The notes beneath the pieces are model-generated. The model ran no database searches and had not been told where the DNA came from. It worked only from the letters and a program-made list of their open reading frames with translations. From contig JAAOMT010000040.1 in assembly GCA_016748015.1 (NCBI GenBank), positions 124,001 to 188,000 of the forward strand: a DNA stretch of 64,000 nucleotides, in the 5' to 3' direction. The translations under genes were made by a program, and so were the position numbers. Source of the DNA: Geosiphon pyriformis uo1. Its lineage: Eukaryota; Fungi; Glomeromycota. Numbering within the stretch: position 1 is the first letter of the stretch; each line of letters opens with the position of its first letter. Shown piece after piece: positions 39,901-54,200 of the stretch.

Positions 39901-42900
39901 CCTAAACAACTGAGGCCTTAATACAGTTCAGAGAGTCCCAGCACTTTATAAGGAAGACAAAACTGACACCACTTTCCTCACAAGAGGCCTTAATAATTTT
40001 CAAAACCAAAAGCTCCAACCTGTGAAACTTCGAAGAAACTTTAGTGAACACACTGTCAAAATCTTTGAGCCATTTCTTCCTAAATATCTTATTTGCTGAA
40101 AAAGTCATTATTCTATGTAAAACATCTCACATGGCATCCAAGTCCGAGAGCTCAATAGTGGCAGCAAACTCATTAAAGAACATCCCAGCATTGGCCAATA
40201 TGGTGTTTTTAAAATTTTCTTACTTATTAACATTAGCACCCTTGATATCAAACTTCCACTGATTCCTATTTGCTTGCTTGCAAAGAAAATTCAACTGTAC
40301 ATTCAAAAGTTTACCCAAACTCACAGACATAAAAACAGCCCAATAATCAGTATCAAAGAATTCTCCAACATCACACACATTGTGATCCACCACAGCATTA
40401 ACCAAGTTTGAGGAAATGAACAGAAAGTTGATTGTTTTAGTCACACAACAAGAGTTGGCCCAAATAGAAGTCTTAACAAAGAAACTTTTACCAAAGGAGT
40501 TAACCAAATCAAGATCTAGGCATTTTTTGAAACTAGTACACTTATGAGAACTATTTTCATTGAAGTCACCACCCAAAACAACAAAAAAAGATTCATTCAC
40601 AGCTTTAGCAATCATAAAGTTGATCTCATCAGCTTGGGAGAACTGAACTAACAAAGAAGCACCAGCATAAAGCCCCAAAATTAAAACAGAAAGTTTGTTT
40701 TTGAAAAGTAGCTTGACAGAAAGAACCCAACCAGGAATCTCAGAAATTTTACACACATGATGAGCCAGAGAAATGTCTATAATAATGGCAACCTTAGAAC
40801 CTAAGTTATCAGAATCTACATCAAAAGTAAAAATCTGGATATCATCAAATTTATTAGCAATCTATGGATGAATCTTATTCCATAATTTGGTCTCAGTAAT
40901 AATTGAAATCAAATTGCCCATATCCCTGTGCTAATGAACAATATCCTCCTGTTTTGTAGAATTATTCATACCCTGAACATTGCAAATAGCAATTTTCTAA
41001 ACTAGACTGATCATTAAGATGGATGAAGAGCTAACGAACCCAAACCAAAACACAGAGAGTTCAATCTCACCAAAACTGAACTGACCAAAATCTCCAGAGC
41101 CATTATCTTTGATTCCAAACCATCTATCTTGGTGGTAAACACCTTTGAACTGCTCAGACTTAGTTCAGGAGTAGTATTATTGACCAATAGGAAAGAAGGA
41201 GAAGAAAGCACCACCACACTATCTACAGCCATATCTGAATTCAAAGCTGAATCCAAGGGAGAAGCAACAAAAGGGAAAAAAGCACAAGATGGCAATGACA
41301 CTGGCATCAAATTTACAAGACTCAATTTTTTTAAAATATTTGAAACCTGATCTGACAAAAGCTCCAAGGAGTGCTCCAAAGAAGCCAAACAGTTGGCTAA
41401 ACCAGAATCATCAAAAGGATTGGAAGATGACACCAAAGGTTTTGTGCTTAAAAACAAATCTGCACCAAAAAAAACTAATAAGACCACATAAAAAAGAGAG
41501 CTATCAATAATCTGAGCCCAAGTTTTTCCACCAAAAGACATTGAGCAGGCAATTGGAGCCTGTTTTTTCTTATAAATAATAGCCAAACAGACCTGATTCC
41601 AAAAAGACACCACCCGTTTACCACAAATTCCAGAATTTTCACCAACTGAACACACATCAGAAATATGACCAAAATGTTTACACTTGGCATAACAGGCCAA
41701 AGAAAGACCTGCTCATTGCAAATTCACACCCTTATAAACTGGAACAGAACCAATAGCAGCCAATTTGGATGCCTCATTATCAAAACAAACTACTGCACAT
41801 CTATCACAAGCATATGAACCAAGATTACAGCCAATAAAACAAGTTTTCTCACCATAAAAATTCACTAAACTTGACAAATTATGAGCTGTAGTGCCAATTA
41901 GAAGTGTGTACAACAAAGTCTAATAATGATCTCTGGCCACCCATAACTCTTTATTATTTAATGCTAATGCAACATGAACAGAATTTTTATTTACAAGAAC
42001 TGACTATTTAGAAGCAATTAAGCTAGCCATATCTGAAGACTCAAATTTCACAAAAGTTTTTTGCCAAAGCCCAATCAGTTGCATCCTAATTAAAATTATC
42101 TGACCAAATTTACAGAACACTGACTCAATCACCAATTTAGAGAGATTTACTGGAATCTCTTTGACAATCACCTCCTGATTTGAATGGTTGTTTACTTTTC
42201 TCAGATCATTATTGACAATAATTTTCTCACAGATTGCCAATTCCTTTGCCTTTTTCATACTAAACTCAGATGTAAATAAAGCTCTGATGATCCTTGGAAA
42301 TTTTGAAGGAATTAATGCCCCCCCAAAACCATCAATTTGATAGAAAATTTTTTTAATTGCAATCAACTTATTACTATTTGTTTTTCCAGGCACAGCAGAC
42401 AACTTAACATCTAATACAAATGATTTTACTGGCTTAAAGCTCCTTTTTTTCAGAACATGTGACTTAGTACTCAGCAGCTGATTGAAACCTCAAAACTTGA
42501 GAGACTGGAGCTCCAAAACATTATCAATGTCACTTATATTATTAAAAAAAGGCTTCTTCAGTGGTTGTCTTAGAACATATGTCCTTATTTATGTCTTTCT
42601 TAGAGTCATATCATCCACCATATCATTAGCTTTGGAATTGTCGGAACTCACATAACTCATTTCCTCTGTCACCAAATTGGCCATGTTTTCTAAGTTAGAC
42701 ACCTTACTAACACTAGCATTCTCACTCTCTACTTCACTATTTCAAGACACCTTGCACTTCAAATCACCAGTTTTTAAAATGTTGTCAGGAACAGAACCAG
42801 CCAACAAATCTACCACACCACTAGGTATACTGGAATTTTTAGATTTTTTGTACAAAGAGTCACAAGAGTACATATTTTTAACACATACTTTTTTATTATT

Positions 42901-43111
42901 ATTAGACTGGATCTCCAACCCAGCCAAAACAAAACTAGAACCACCAGCAGAGAAGCCTATCAGTTCTATTACAACAAAAGAAAGAAAATCAGAAGAAATA
43001 ATTAGAAAAAAAACAAGGGGAGAAAGGAATAGAATTAATTAAAACTTCTATAAAATATTGCTCTTATTATAGTCAGGGGATCAACAAGAGAAAAAATTTT
43101 TTTTTGTAATT

Positions 43112-43519
43112 ATATAAAGCATAATTTTATGTGTATTTTTAAAATTTTATAATAATTTGTTAATATTAGTTTTAGTTATTTAAATTGTATTTTTTTTAAT
43201 AAAAACAGATTACTTAATCTTAATTATTAAATTCTATTAATATCTTTTATTAAAGTTTTACTATTGTATTTTAATTAATTAATTATTTTATATTTAGTTA
43301 ATACAATATATACAATCTTTATTAATGTTTTTATTAAGATTTTTTTGATTATTATAGCTTAATTTATATAATTTTTTATTAGTTTTTTGAAATTAATATT
43401 TACTATTATGTTATTATTATTTATTAAGTTTGTAGTTTTTATTATTTTTAATTTAAATATAAAGATTATATATATTATTTTATTAAATTTTAAGAAAATA
43501 AACACTTTTTCTTTAATTT
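43112..43519 (-). mobile_element. LINE A ORF1 segment between D and E
   Basis: Relics IIKKILIKTL and K*SVFIKKN...MLYILPII join 26024-26315 across the TSD of D. Confidence 0.68.
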
Positions 43520-43535
43520 TTTATTATTATTATAG

Positions 43536-44450
43536 TATTACAAGTAATTATTTGGGGTCTCAAATCAAATAACAAATTCATAACTTGGTGCTCAATAGTT
43601 GATATGATTGGTATTTATCTGAAGATTTTGGTTGAGTCTTTTGTATAATAGACAGAAATTTAAGTATTGTTTTATCTATTGCTTTCCAGAATCACAATTC
43701 TATCAATTTTTTTCTCAGCATAGTAGTCAGCAATTTCCTGGTAAGCTATCCTCAAATCTGAGTGTCTACCCTTATTTTTAGATATTTTACCAGTACTATA
43801 TCTTGACATTAGTACCTCCATATATTAAATCTTTTTAATCAATTTAGTAAATACACAACAAAAAAGGAAAAAAAAAATAAATAAAAAATAAAAAAAAATA
43901 AAAAAATAAAATGAAGAAAATAAGCCAAGGCAAGAAAAGTTAATATTCTATCAATAACCATGATTAAAAGCTATTGTTTCAGTATAATTAAGTATCAAAT
44001 ACTATCAACATAAAGTGTTAATAATAGAAGAATGATTTAAATAGTAAATAATTTTTTATTGATATTGATGATTTTAATTATAATGTTGTTAAACTGGAGA
44101 ATCTTGGTATTAATTTTAGCTGGAATTTTCTCTTTTCTGCTTCTAATGCTCTTGTTATATATACATAATTTGAGTTCTATAAGATTATTCACATTTCTAA
44201 GCAATATGCTATAATTTCTCAAGTAATACTCATATTGCTGAGCAATATGTCCTAATTTTTTAATATTGCTCTATATTGCTAAGCAATATGCCATAATTTT
44301 TTGATAATGCTCTATATTGCTGAGCAATGTGCTATGATTCCTGACAATGCTTTATATTGTTGAGCAATATGTTTACATGTTAATTACTATTTTTTTATTG
44401 GTCTATCTGTTTTTTTTACTATTTTTTTGTATGTTTTTCTATAAAAAACA
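43536..44450. mobile_element. Solo LTR (LTR-B) inserted at the tail of LINE E
   Basis: Start tattacaagtaattatttggggtc is homologous to 13777. It separates the T-tract of E from its 3'UTR. Degenerate 4-bp TSD atag/atga. Confidence 0.82.
44197..44371. repeat. ~41-bp tandem repeat (4+ units) with palindromic core CATATTGCT-N-AGCAATATG
   Basis: Cores start at 44231, 44272, 44313 and 44353, with a half core at 44197. Confidence 0.88.
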
Positions 44451-47400
44451 ATGACTTTACAAGTATAGTTCAATTACTATTTAGAAATATACAATATATA
44501 TGTATTGTAAACTAAATGTAATTTATGCATTTGCTATATATAACTAGTTATTTAGGCTGATCAAGACTACATTACATGTTAGTTATCATTATTAACTTAC
44601 TATTTAAGCCTGAAAAAAATAGATAATCACAGTACAAACCAAAATATATGTCTCAAATTTTATCAATACTAAGTAGTGCAATCACTCTATTACTTAAATT
44701 ACTTATACCATAAATGTCAAAAGAGAAAACACTACTATTAGCAGATATCAAATCTTTTTTTTCATATTAGCTCTGTATTTGAATCTACAGCATTATATTT
44801 CAAATTTATAGAACAATACTAGTTTTCTTACAAATGTCACAATCTAAGCATCAACTAGTTTTAAATCACCAAAAATTGTCATAGATTTATAATACTAGTT
44901 ATTGAACACAAAACCCTTAACTAAAATAGAATACAAACCAATATTTACTTTACAATAAAACAGATCTCAGATAATGTTAGAAGATAATCCAACAACACCA
45001 AGTATAGACTTCCATCTTTGTTTAAACTTAAATAAAATATTATTACAAGCAATGTTGTCATAAATACATTCAAAAGCATGATTGGAAGTGTCAATTTTGT
45101 CACAAACTACACATTTTACACTCAAATATAAAGCACTATATAGGTATTTTTAGACAGCCATCAGTAAATATCCATGTATGATTTTCATAAAATAAGTTTA
45201 CAAAAAAGCTAAAAAGTGGTTTGTGAAATCAAATACCATGTTCTTATCGAAATGCCAAATCTTAACAGTTCTCTTCTAATTTATCTTAAAAATATTGTAA
45301 TTATTTTTTATCCTAGAATCTGATTCACTTTTCTATTTTGCACAACACAAAGTTTTAAAAAAATCTCTAATATAGTAACAAATGTTGCAGAAAAGTACTA
45401 AATTGCCTGACAGCACATAAAACTTATGTACAAATATGGAGAGAACTAAATTAGAAAAACAAGTATTAGAGGCAAGAGCATTAGCATATTTATTTTCTAC
45501 AATGTTAGTGTAATCCTTGATCTTAATCCAGAACATCATAAGTCTCTTTTTATAAATCAAATTTACTATTTGACAATGTTTTATTTACAAACTCTTTTTG
45601 AAATCTGGTCAAACCAGTTTAGATTCATTAATACATGCACAAATAGCAGCTTGACTGTCTAAATAAACTACTATATTACATCTAACAGAAACATAAGCTA
45701 GTGCCAATAAAATAGCTTTTAGTTTAACCAAAGTTGACAACATAATATTATGGATTTTAACTCTAAAACCAAAATCAATGTTAGAAAAAAATACAGTAGC
45801 ACTTTCAACAGCAGAAGTTGTTCCAAAATTTTTCACAAATCCATCAATATATATGTCAAACCAAATTTTAGTAACATCTGTTTAGCATTATAAACCCAAA
45901 TAGCAATATCAAAGTTAAGAATATGACTACCAGAAGATTGAAACATAATACTGGTTGCAATTAATTTGTTCTTCAAAAATTTGATGACAAAACCAAACTA
46001 GTTTAGAATTGGTCTTCATGAATTCAGACTTTTTCAATGTTTAAAGCACTTTCAGTCAAAACAAACTCCATTCTTGTTTAGTAACTGCTTTACAAAAGCT
46101 ATATCATAATATTTCAATGAATGAACAACCTAAAAGAAATCAATATTCCCAAGAATGTTAGAAATCAGCATACTATCAGTAAAGTAAAATGTGTTTGACA
46201 GAGCATTGAAAAAAAATAAGCCACAAAACAAAAAAATTTTTATAATTTCAGCTAAAAAATTATTCTTAAAACTGATTTTCAATTTAACAAAATAATGCAA
46301 AAGATGAATTGACAGTCAACTAAAAATTTGTAAATCTAAATAATAGTAGACAAAAAATCAATCAAAGACACCTAAAACATTTGCAAAACTTATAACAAAA
46401 GACAATTTACTCTTAGCTTGAACTTGGCTAAAAATTTTTATGCATAGAAAAATGGATGTAACAAAACATTCATAAGAAAATTATGTAAAAAACCAGCTTT
46501 AATCTTAAGATATTTCCTAATAATAGCATCTTATTTAACATATACAACATTAAAAATATAACTAAATTGCATTCTGTAACAAATAATAGATTGTAACACT
46601 ATGAAAACCAGATTGCAAAATTGTTTATTAGACACCACTTTGTGCAAAACCACATTTAAAAAAAAATAAACATCTAAATTGGCTTTAAATAGACTAAGCT
46701 TTGAAAGTTTTTCTATTAATAAAAATATGTTGAGATAGCAGTAAGCTTTGTTTTTCTTAGCAATTGCTATTAATAAGCTATTAATAAGTAAAAAAGTGTC
46801 CTTAACTCTTTGATTAATAGGAATGACAACAATTTTTTTATTGTTTATAAAAATATTATTGAGTACAAAAAACTCACTTGCTATGTTTAAAATATGTTGT
46901 ATAGCAATCTGGCTGCTATTAATCCAGATGGTGTTGTTCACAAAAGCCTTAGCTACTAGATAAGTAGTTAAACTGGACTAAGCTTTCATTCTACTAAATC
47001 TTATCAGAAGTTTAGAATCAATTCTGTATTCACACAAATGCTTCTGCTTTTTGACTTTACACAAAAATAGGTCATAAAAGATACACCAAAAAAGTGGTAA
47101 AAAAATTTCATCTTGGTCAAGCTTATCATGTATTTTATAGTCATCAGTTAGGCCAAAATTCATCATTACTCTGTTTGTTCTGTTCAAATAAATATTTTTA
47201 AAAAATCTGATAAATTTGCTACACATTTTAATATAATCTAAATAAGCTTTCAAATGATGTTATTTTACTAAATTATATGCCTTCTGTATATTCTGCAAAA
47301 CCAACCACAGTTTTCAGCTCTTTTTCAACACATTTTTCACAATAAAACTAACAATAAACACAGGAGATTGAGTTAATGTGCTCTTTAAAACCAAAAAATA

Positions 47401-50400
47401 ATCATTACAGAGAACATTAAATTTGCTGCAAGTTGAAAAAATATGATCAGATAAAATCTTGAACAAAATCTTTCTTACTGTTTTGATAAATACAATTGGT
47501 TATGTGTTCATAAAGACTTTATTTCATTTATAAGGCTTAAAGATTATTGAAATCCAAGCATTTTTTTAGAATTGAAAAACGTTTTTACTTAATATACATG
47601 TGTTTAGCAAATCCAAAAAACATGCTAATACAGAGTCATTACAGTGCTTTCAGAGTTCATTTAAGATGTCTAAGATATTAGCAGTCTTGTTAACAAGTAA
47701 GTTTCTAACATTTAAAACCAAATCATCTAAACTGATTTCATTCATTATACCAGAAAAAACATTATCCTTCATATAGCTCAAAGGAGCATATTGAAGAGAC
47801 CACAAATCAAACTGCATAGCAAACACTTTTTGCTTTTCCATCTAATCAACTATAATTTTGTTAACTTTGAGTTTAATTTTTTTTGGATCCAAGATTAACT
47901 CATTACCAATTACCAAGTAATTTAGCACTATCTTGTAAAATAAACAATCCAGAATGCTCTTAATTATATTATCTTTGCCCAAACAAAATTTTTCTATGTG
48001 TTTGTCAATAGCTTTGGTAATTAATGCTCTTTTAGCCAACTCTAATTCACAATACTTAAATTGACAATAATTTTTTCTGCATAATGGCAAATGTCTAAGA
48101 ATGTCTGTGGAATTTGTTTTTTTACTGACCATATTGTCAATTATAATAGTTTTCTTACTGTCAAAAGTCAACCATACTTTAACAAAATAAACAAATTTTA
48201 AACTATTATTTGAACTTAAGGCTTTAACTATTTTTGCAACTAACAACTTAAGCTTGTAAAATTTAGAGAATTGTTTGTTTTTTAAACAATCAAAGACATT
48301 AAATTATTGTTTAAAAAAGATTGAATCTACTAAATTTATTATTATCTCTTGCAAAATCTTTCACATAGAATCTAAACTACCAAGTTTTTTTGTATTCACA
48401 AATTTACCCAAAGTTGTTAACATATTAGTGTGAGAAAATTTTTTAAATCATAACTATTTGTTATTACTTGTATCTTTAATTTTGAATCTTTAACAGTTCC
48501 AATTAGCATCCTTACATATGTGATTCAAACCAACATTTAAGAAATCACTCAGACCAACTGAGACTAAAACAGCTTTGTGATTAATATTGAAAAAATTTGA
48601 TATAGAACTCATCTCACACTCAATAATTATTAAAAACAAGTTATTACTAACAAGAATATAATCAATAGTTTTCTTAATATCTCTAAAATTGCCCCAAATA
48701 GGAGCTTTAACCAAAGAATGCTCACAAAATGAATTGATTAAACCCAAATCTGCACAAAATCTGAAACTTGCATTCTTCCTTAAATTATTTTCATTGAAAT
48801 CTCTGTCTAATATCATAAAAATACTAAAAACAACTGTTTTGACTATAAAAAAATTGACCTCAAACATCTGACCAAATTTAGTCTCAGTAAAAACACCAGC
48901 ATACAAATCCAAAATTGTAACAGATAGCTTTTTTTTGAATAATAGTCTAACTAAAATAACTTGACTGGGAATTTTTTTTATCTTAAATACATAATAAGCC
49001 AAAGAATTATTAATGATTAAAACCATTTCGGCACCAAAAAAACCTTTTTTTAAACCAAATATAAAAATTTGCACTCCATCAAATTTGTTTATAATCTATA
49101 GTCTAATATTAAATTTCAACTTTGTTTCTGTAACAATAAAAATCATATTAACTAAGCCTTTGTGTTAGCATACAACATTTTTTTGCTTAGCCAGTATATT
49201 AATATCATAAATATTGTATGTAGCAATTTTCCAAATTGACTTATTTATTGAGATAAAAGAGCCACCAGTAAATCTAAGCCAGCACACAACTAATTTAACT
49301 TCACCAAAACTGAACCAACAGAGACTTTAAGGACCACTAATTTTATTTTCAAACTGCATACCTTGATAGTCAAGATTTTTGAACTGCTCAAATCTAAAAC
49401 TAAAACTTTAAAATCAACTGGAAAAAGAAGCAGAAACATTATCTTAGAACTATTCAAAATCATATCTGAAGCTAAATCCAAATCAGCAGTTACTAAGATA
49501 TCCAAAACATAAGAGAAAGAAAAAAAAGCTAAAGATACCAATTTCATGTCACTGAGTTTGTATACTATGCTGGAAACTTGATCTGCCAAGAGCTCTAAAG
49601 AGCATTTTAAGAATGCCAAATAAGTGTTCAAAGTAAAAGTATCAATAAAAATGGGAAAGTAATAACCACTAGAATCTAAAACACCAGATAGAAGGAAATT
49701 AGAACCAGAATTAGTAAACAATTCATGAGATAAAAAAGCTGTTAAAACTATCTAAACCCATAATTTGTCATCAAAGACAACAGAACAAGAAATTAATATG
49801 TTTTTTTTAACATATAATTTGGCCAATTGGAGGTGAATTGTATCAAAAACAGACTTTTTTTAAATATTTTTGAAAGCACAGAGATAGATGCATTTGGTGT
49901 ATTACATTCCAAAGCCAAGTGGCCAAATTTTTCATATTTCTTATACTAAACTAAATCTATTCTAGTTCAAGAAAGCTTTGTACTGCCAAAAATTGGTTCT
50001 ATGCAAAATACAGATTCAAGTTCTTTTTCTGATCCAAAACCAACAATGGCACAGCAAATCCGATTATCAGTTTTCAGTAAACAATTAATTATGCAGATTT
50101 TTTTACCAGCTTCTTCCAAAAGAGTGCCAAAATCATAAGCTGTTGTTCTTATAGGCAGCATAAACAAAAGTGTTTTGAATTAATCCTTAAATGTTCAAGT
50201 ATTGTAATTCCTTACAGCCATAGCCATATGTACTGAATCTTTCTTAATCAGAAATAACTATTTAGAAATAAACTGTTTAGTCTGATTTAATTTAGTGAAT
50301 TCTATCACAGTTTTTTACCATATTCTAACTAGTTGGATTTTAATTAACACAATCTGACTGAACTTGGCAACAATAGCAATAATCATTTTTTTAAACATAT

Positions 50401-51273
50401 TTATAAGAATTTCCTTAATAATCACAGTCTAATTCAATCTGATCTCTTGTCTTTTAAGATTACCATTTATTTTGATACTTTTATTTTTAGCCAATAATGT
50501 GGCTTTATTTATGTTTTTCTCTGAAGTAAATATTAATTGAATGATTCCTTTAAATTTTAAGAGAATAGTGGCCCTTCTCAAAACCATTGACTAATAAAAA
50601 AATTTTTCTGATAAACTGAGTCTTTATTATTGCCAATTTTTTTTCTACAGCCAAGAAATTAATGTTTAAGGCAAATAATTTTTCAACAAATACTTCTACT
50701 TAAGTTTTTATTACTTTAAAATTCATTTATTTTCTGTTTAAAAAAATATTGAGAGGAGGTAAAAGAGGCCCAATTTTCTTATTCATGTTAAAACTGAAAG
50801 AACTGAAAGGGGAACCACAATCCAAACCAGTAATCACCTTTTTTGTTTTAGAAGTAATTGCAGTCAAACCCAAAAAAAACCCATTATTAATATTAGTTAT
50901 ATTATTATTATTATCATTACTAAATATACTGTCTATATTTAAATACACACTATTGCTTAATTTAGACTTAACCAAAGATATATTTTTTTTATTACCAGAG
51001 TGTTTAATATTTTCAAGAACAACTTTTTTTTTTGAGAGAAAAAACTATTAACAGAATCATAAAAAGCACTTTTAAGTGCTTTTTTTTTAAAAATACTACT
51101 ACTTGAAGCTGCTTTCAAGTTCATGACAAAAGAGTTGTTATTTTTTTTATTAATTGCTTAACGAGTGAGGTCCAAATACTACCTAGCACTATACATCATG
51201 GAATTGATCTAAACTAGGCGTGAATTATGCACTTTCTACATGTGACCAGCCACTCGGGCCGATCAGAACAACA

Positions 51274-54200
51274 CTACGCAGCTATATGAACTGACACTAA
51301 TTCACCTATACCTGAAAAGAACAAGCAAGTCTTGCGAAAACCAAAATGAACACCTAAAGCACTAGTAATGCCAAGTAACCTAACCACCCCTGCAGAGAAC
51401 CTCAAAGCCAAACCATGAACCGAGACGACGGCTGAACCATCTAGTGGGATCAGTCCATTCTTTTCCATATACGCACAATGCTTAGCACGAATTGACTAGA
51501 CATCCTTCCTGAAAGCAAGACCAAGAGAGCGCACAAACTTGACAATCTCCAAAACAGCAATCTTGGGGTCATGAAAGATGGAAACAGCCTTGCTAAACCA
51601 TCCATTGAAAATAAAGCCCTTAAAAAGAGCCATAGACACAGAGGAATCAGAAACACTGGATGACAACAGCTGCAATATACCCGAAAAGGAGTGAAAGGAG
51701 CCAGAAAGCGCCTTCCAGGACCCTACATGAGAATTCAACAACTGGCGCCAAACAGACTCGTCAACCTTGCAAGAGAACACATGATCTGACACCTCCACCT
51801 CACCACAATACAAGCACAACACACTAGGATAACGTTTATCATAGAGGCGCTTCTGAACAGCAACCGGCAGCCGATGGTGCAAAGACTTCATAAAATAAGT
51901 ACACACACTGGATGAATATCTGCTGGTGAATCCTGCAGCCATGTGCAAATTAGGATGCCACACCAATGACAAACGGGACCAATCAACCTCAGAAGACAAG
52001 CTGCCAACCAAAACCCCAGAACCAGAACCAACCTCCCACTGCGCACGACAAATAAAATGATAAATATCACGAACAAAATGCCTTGAATTTCCAGAAACAA
52101 CATCACCATCAGCTGCCAAGAAGTGCTCACTCAAGCGAGGGGGAAGATACCAATTGGAGAGAGAAGCGGCACCAGCAATCACATCAGCACGCTCATTTCC
52201 CGAAACACCAGAATGACTTTTCACCTTGCGAAAGCTAACCCTTAACTTCTTACTGTGAATTACATTGACAATATGACGACATTCGACCCAACACTGATTA
52301 TAAAAATTGGGACACACTAGATCCAACTCCGACCTGCAAGCATCCAACGCCGATTGACTATCTGAGAACAAACAAACAGAGCTCAACGGGGGAACACACT
52401 CCAAAGCTAAAGCAACAGCCTGCAATTCTGCCAAAGTAAACGACATCAAACCCAATATCCTTACGCCCAAACCCAAACCAATGTCCTCAAAAAAAACAGC
52501 AGCACCAGCTCTACAGCCAACCGTGCCAAGACCACTAAGAGATCCATCCGTATATACTGACAGGCTGCTAGCACCGGTCACCAAGAGACGATCATGAATA
52601 GACACAAATTCACCAGACTTAAGAATGTTCGAAGGACTACCATCCCCCAAAACTAGAGACTGATCACGAGAAGATTTCACACTATTGAGAAACAAAACAG
52701 AATGCTTGAACCACTCAGGAACTGGGCCACGGGGGTCCAATTTCTTTTACCGCTTGAAAGTGTACCAATTATAGACAGCACCATGACAGTTACGAAGTTG
52801 ATTCACAAAGGCAATACCATACCGCTGAAGGAAAGGGAGAAACTTGAGAAACTTTGACTCGCCCAGAACTTCAGACATAGGCACTCCGCCATGAGACCGA
52901 AAGAAACTAATCAAAGAGCCACCCAAAGACACATTGCAATTGACAAGAACACAAACCATGCCTGCCAGAAAGTTATTAGAAGCACTGACACAAATACGAA
53001 CAGGAGAACACAATGGATAAACAGGGTGCCAACACAGAACTTGCAAGTCATGAGACCTGTGAGAAAACAAACAACTCAAGATACCACCAGAGTTTGCAAA
53101 ACTGACAAGGGAAGCGATTTTGCTTTCAGATTGAACTTGAGAAAATGACTTCAAACCATAAAACGAAGGGTGGTAAACCACATCATTGGAGAAATTGAGT
53201 GGCAAACCAGACTTGAGCTTCAAACCTTTACGAATCAGAGCATCCCACTTCCCGCACACGCCAACAAAAATAAAACTGAACTGAGTTCTATAGCTGACTA
53301 TCGGATGCAGAACTGCCAACACCAAATACAAAAACTGCTTATCTGAGACTGCCTTCCTTAACACCAGATTGGTGAAAAAACAAACGTTTGAATGCGCCTT
53401 AGCCAAGCTAGGCTTCGAAAGACTCTCAGTTGACAGAAAAATGCCCAGATATTGGTAAGATTCGCCCTTTTTGGCAATAGAAATGGGCGAACCACTGATA
53501 GAAAGGGAGAAACTGCTGACTCTGCTATTGATAGGAATGGCTACCGTTTTGTTGTTGTTAATAGAAATGTCATTGATAAAAAAAAATTCACTAGCAACAT
53601 CAAGAATATGTTGAGTAGCCGTCTGACTGCTACCAACCCAAATCGTATCATCAACAAAAGCACCAGCGGCAAAAAAAGAAGAAAACCCAGCCTGGAATTC
53701 AGAACGACCATTCTTGGAAACAAAGTGAGAGTTCAACCTATACCCACATACACTCTCCTGTCTTTTGACTTCGCACAAAAGAGGATCATAAAATATGCGC
53801 CAGAGAAGAGGAGAGAAGACCTCTCCCTGGTCCAAACCATCGTGCACACGGTAATCGCTTGTCAGTCCAAAATCAGTCATGACTCAGTTGGTATGATCTC
53901 TATGAATATCACCAAAAAACCGAATAAATTTGCTACATATCTTAATCCTGACCAAACTTTTCTTGAGATGCTCCCAGCCAACTGAGTCATACGTCTTTCG
54001 CATGTCCTGCAGAACCAGCCATAGCTCCCTGTTTTTTTCTAAAGCATCTTTGACCACCGAACCAATTGCAAAAATAGGGGACTGGGTTGTTGTACTTTTC
54101 AAAACTGAGAAATTAGCCCCTCGAAGCACGTTAAAAGTACTGCACGCCAAAGAAATCCTGTCCGAGAGTATCTTGGAAAGAACCTTGCGAGCTGTTTTGA

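Larger units (their letters stand above)
26316..43111 (-). mobile_element. LINE D, full length (~6.9 kb net), interrupted by the Gypsy element and nested in ORF1 of LINE A
   Basis: 13-bp TSD atataaagcataa (26303-26315 / 43112-43124) and T-tract at 26317. ORF2 fragments at 26449-27087 and 36964-41014; ORF1 fragments at 41011-~42970. Confidence 0.92.
43520..51140 (-). mobile_element. LINE E, degraded, nested in A; its extreme 5'UTR now lies inverted at 61022-61128
   Basis: ORF1 and ORF2 relics (ILDRDFN, TIDYIL, LDQDEIF, YLDSQA). ~14-bp TSD aaattaaagaaaaa (rc of 43506-43519) / aaattagagaaaaa (61008-61021). Confidence 0.88.

Noticed and set aside
44197-44371. CRISPR-like palindromic repeats with spacers
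   Set aside because: The intervening sequences are homologous to one another, the array lies inside an LTR, there are no cas genes, and the context is eukaryotic.
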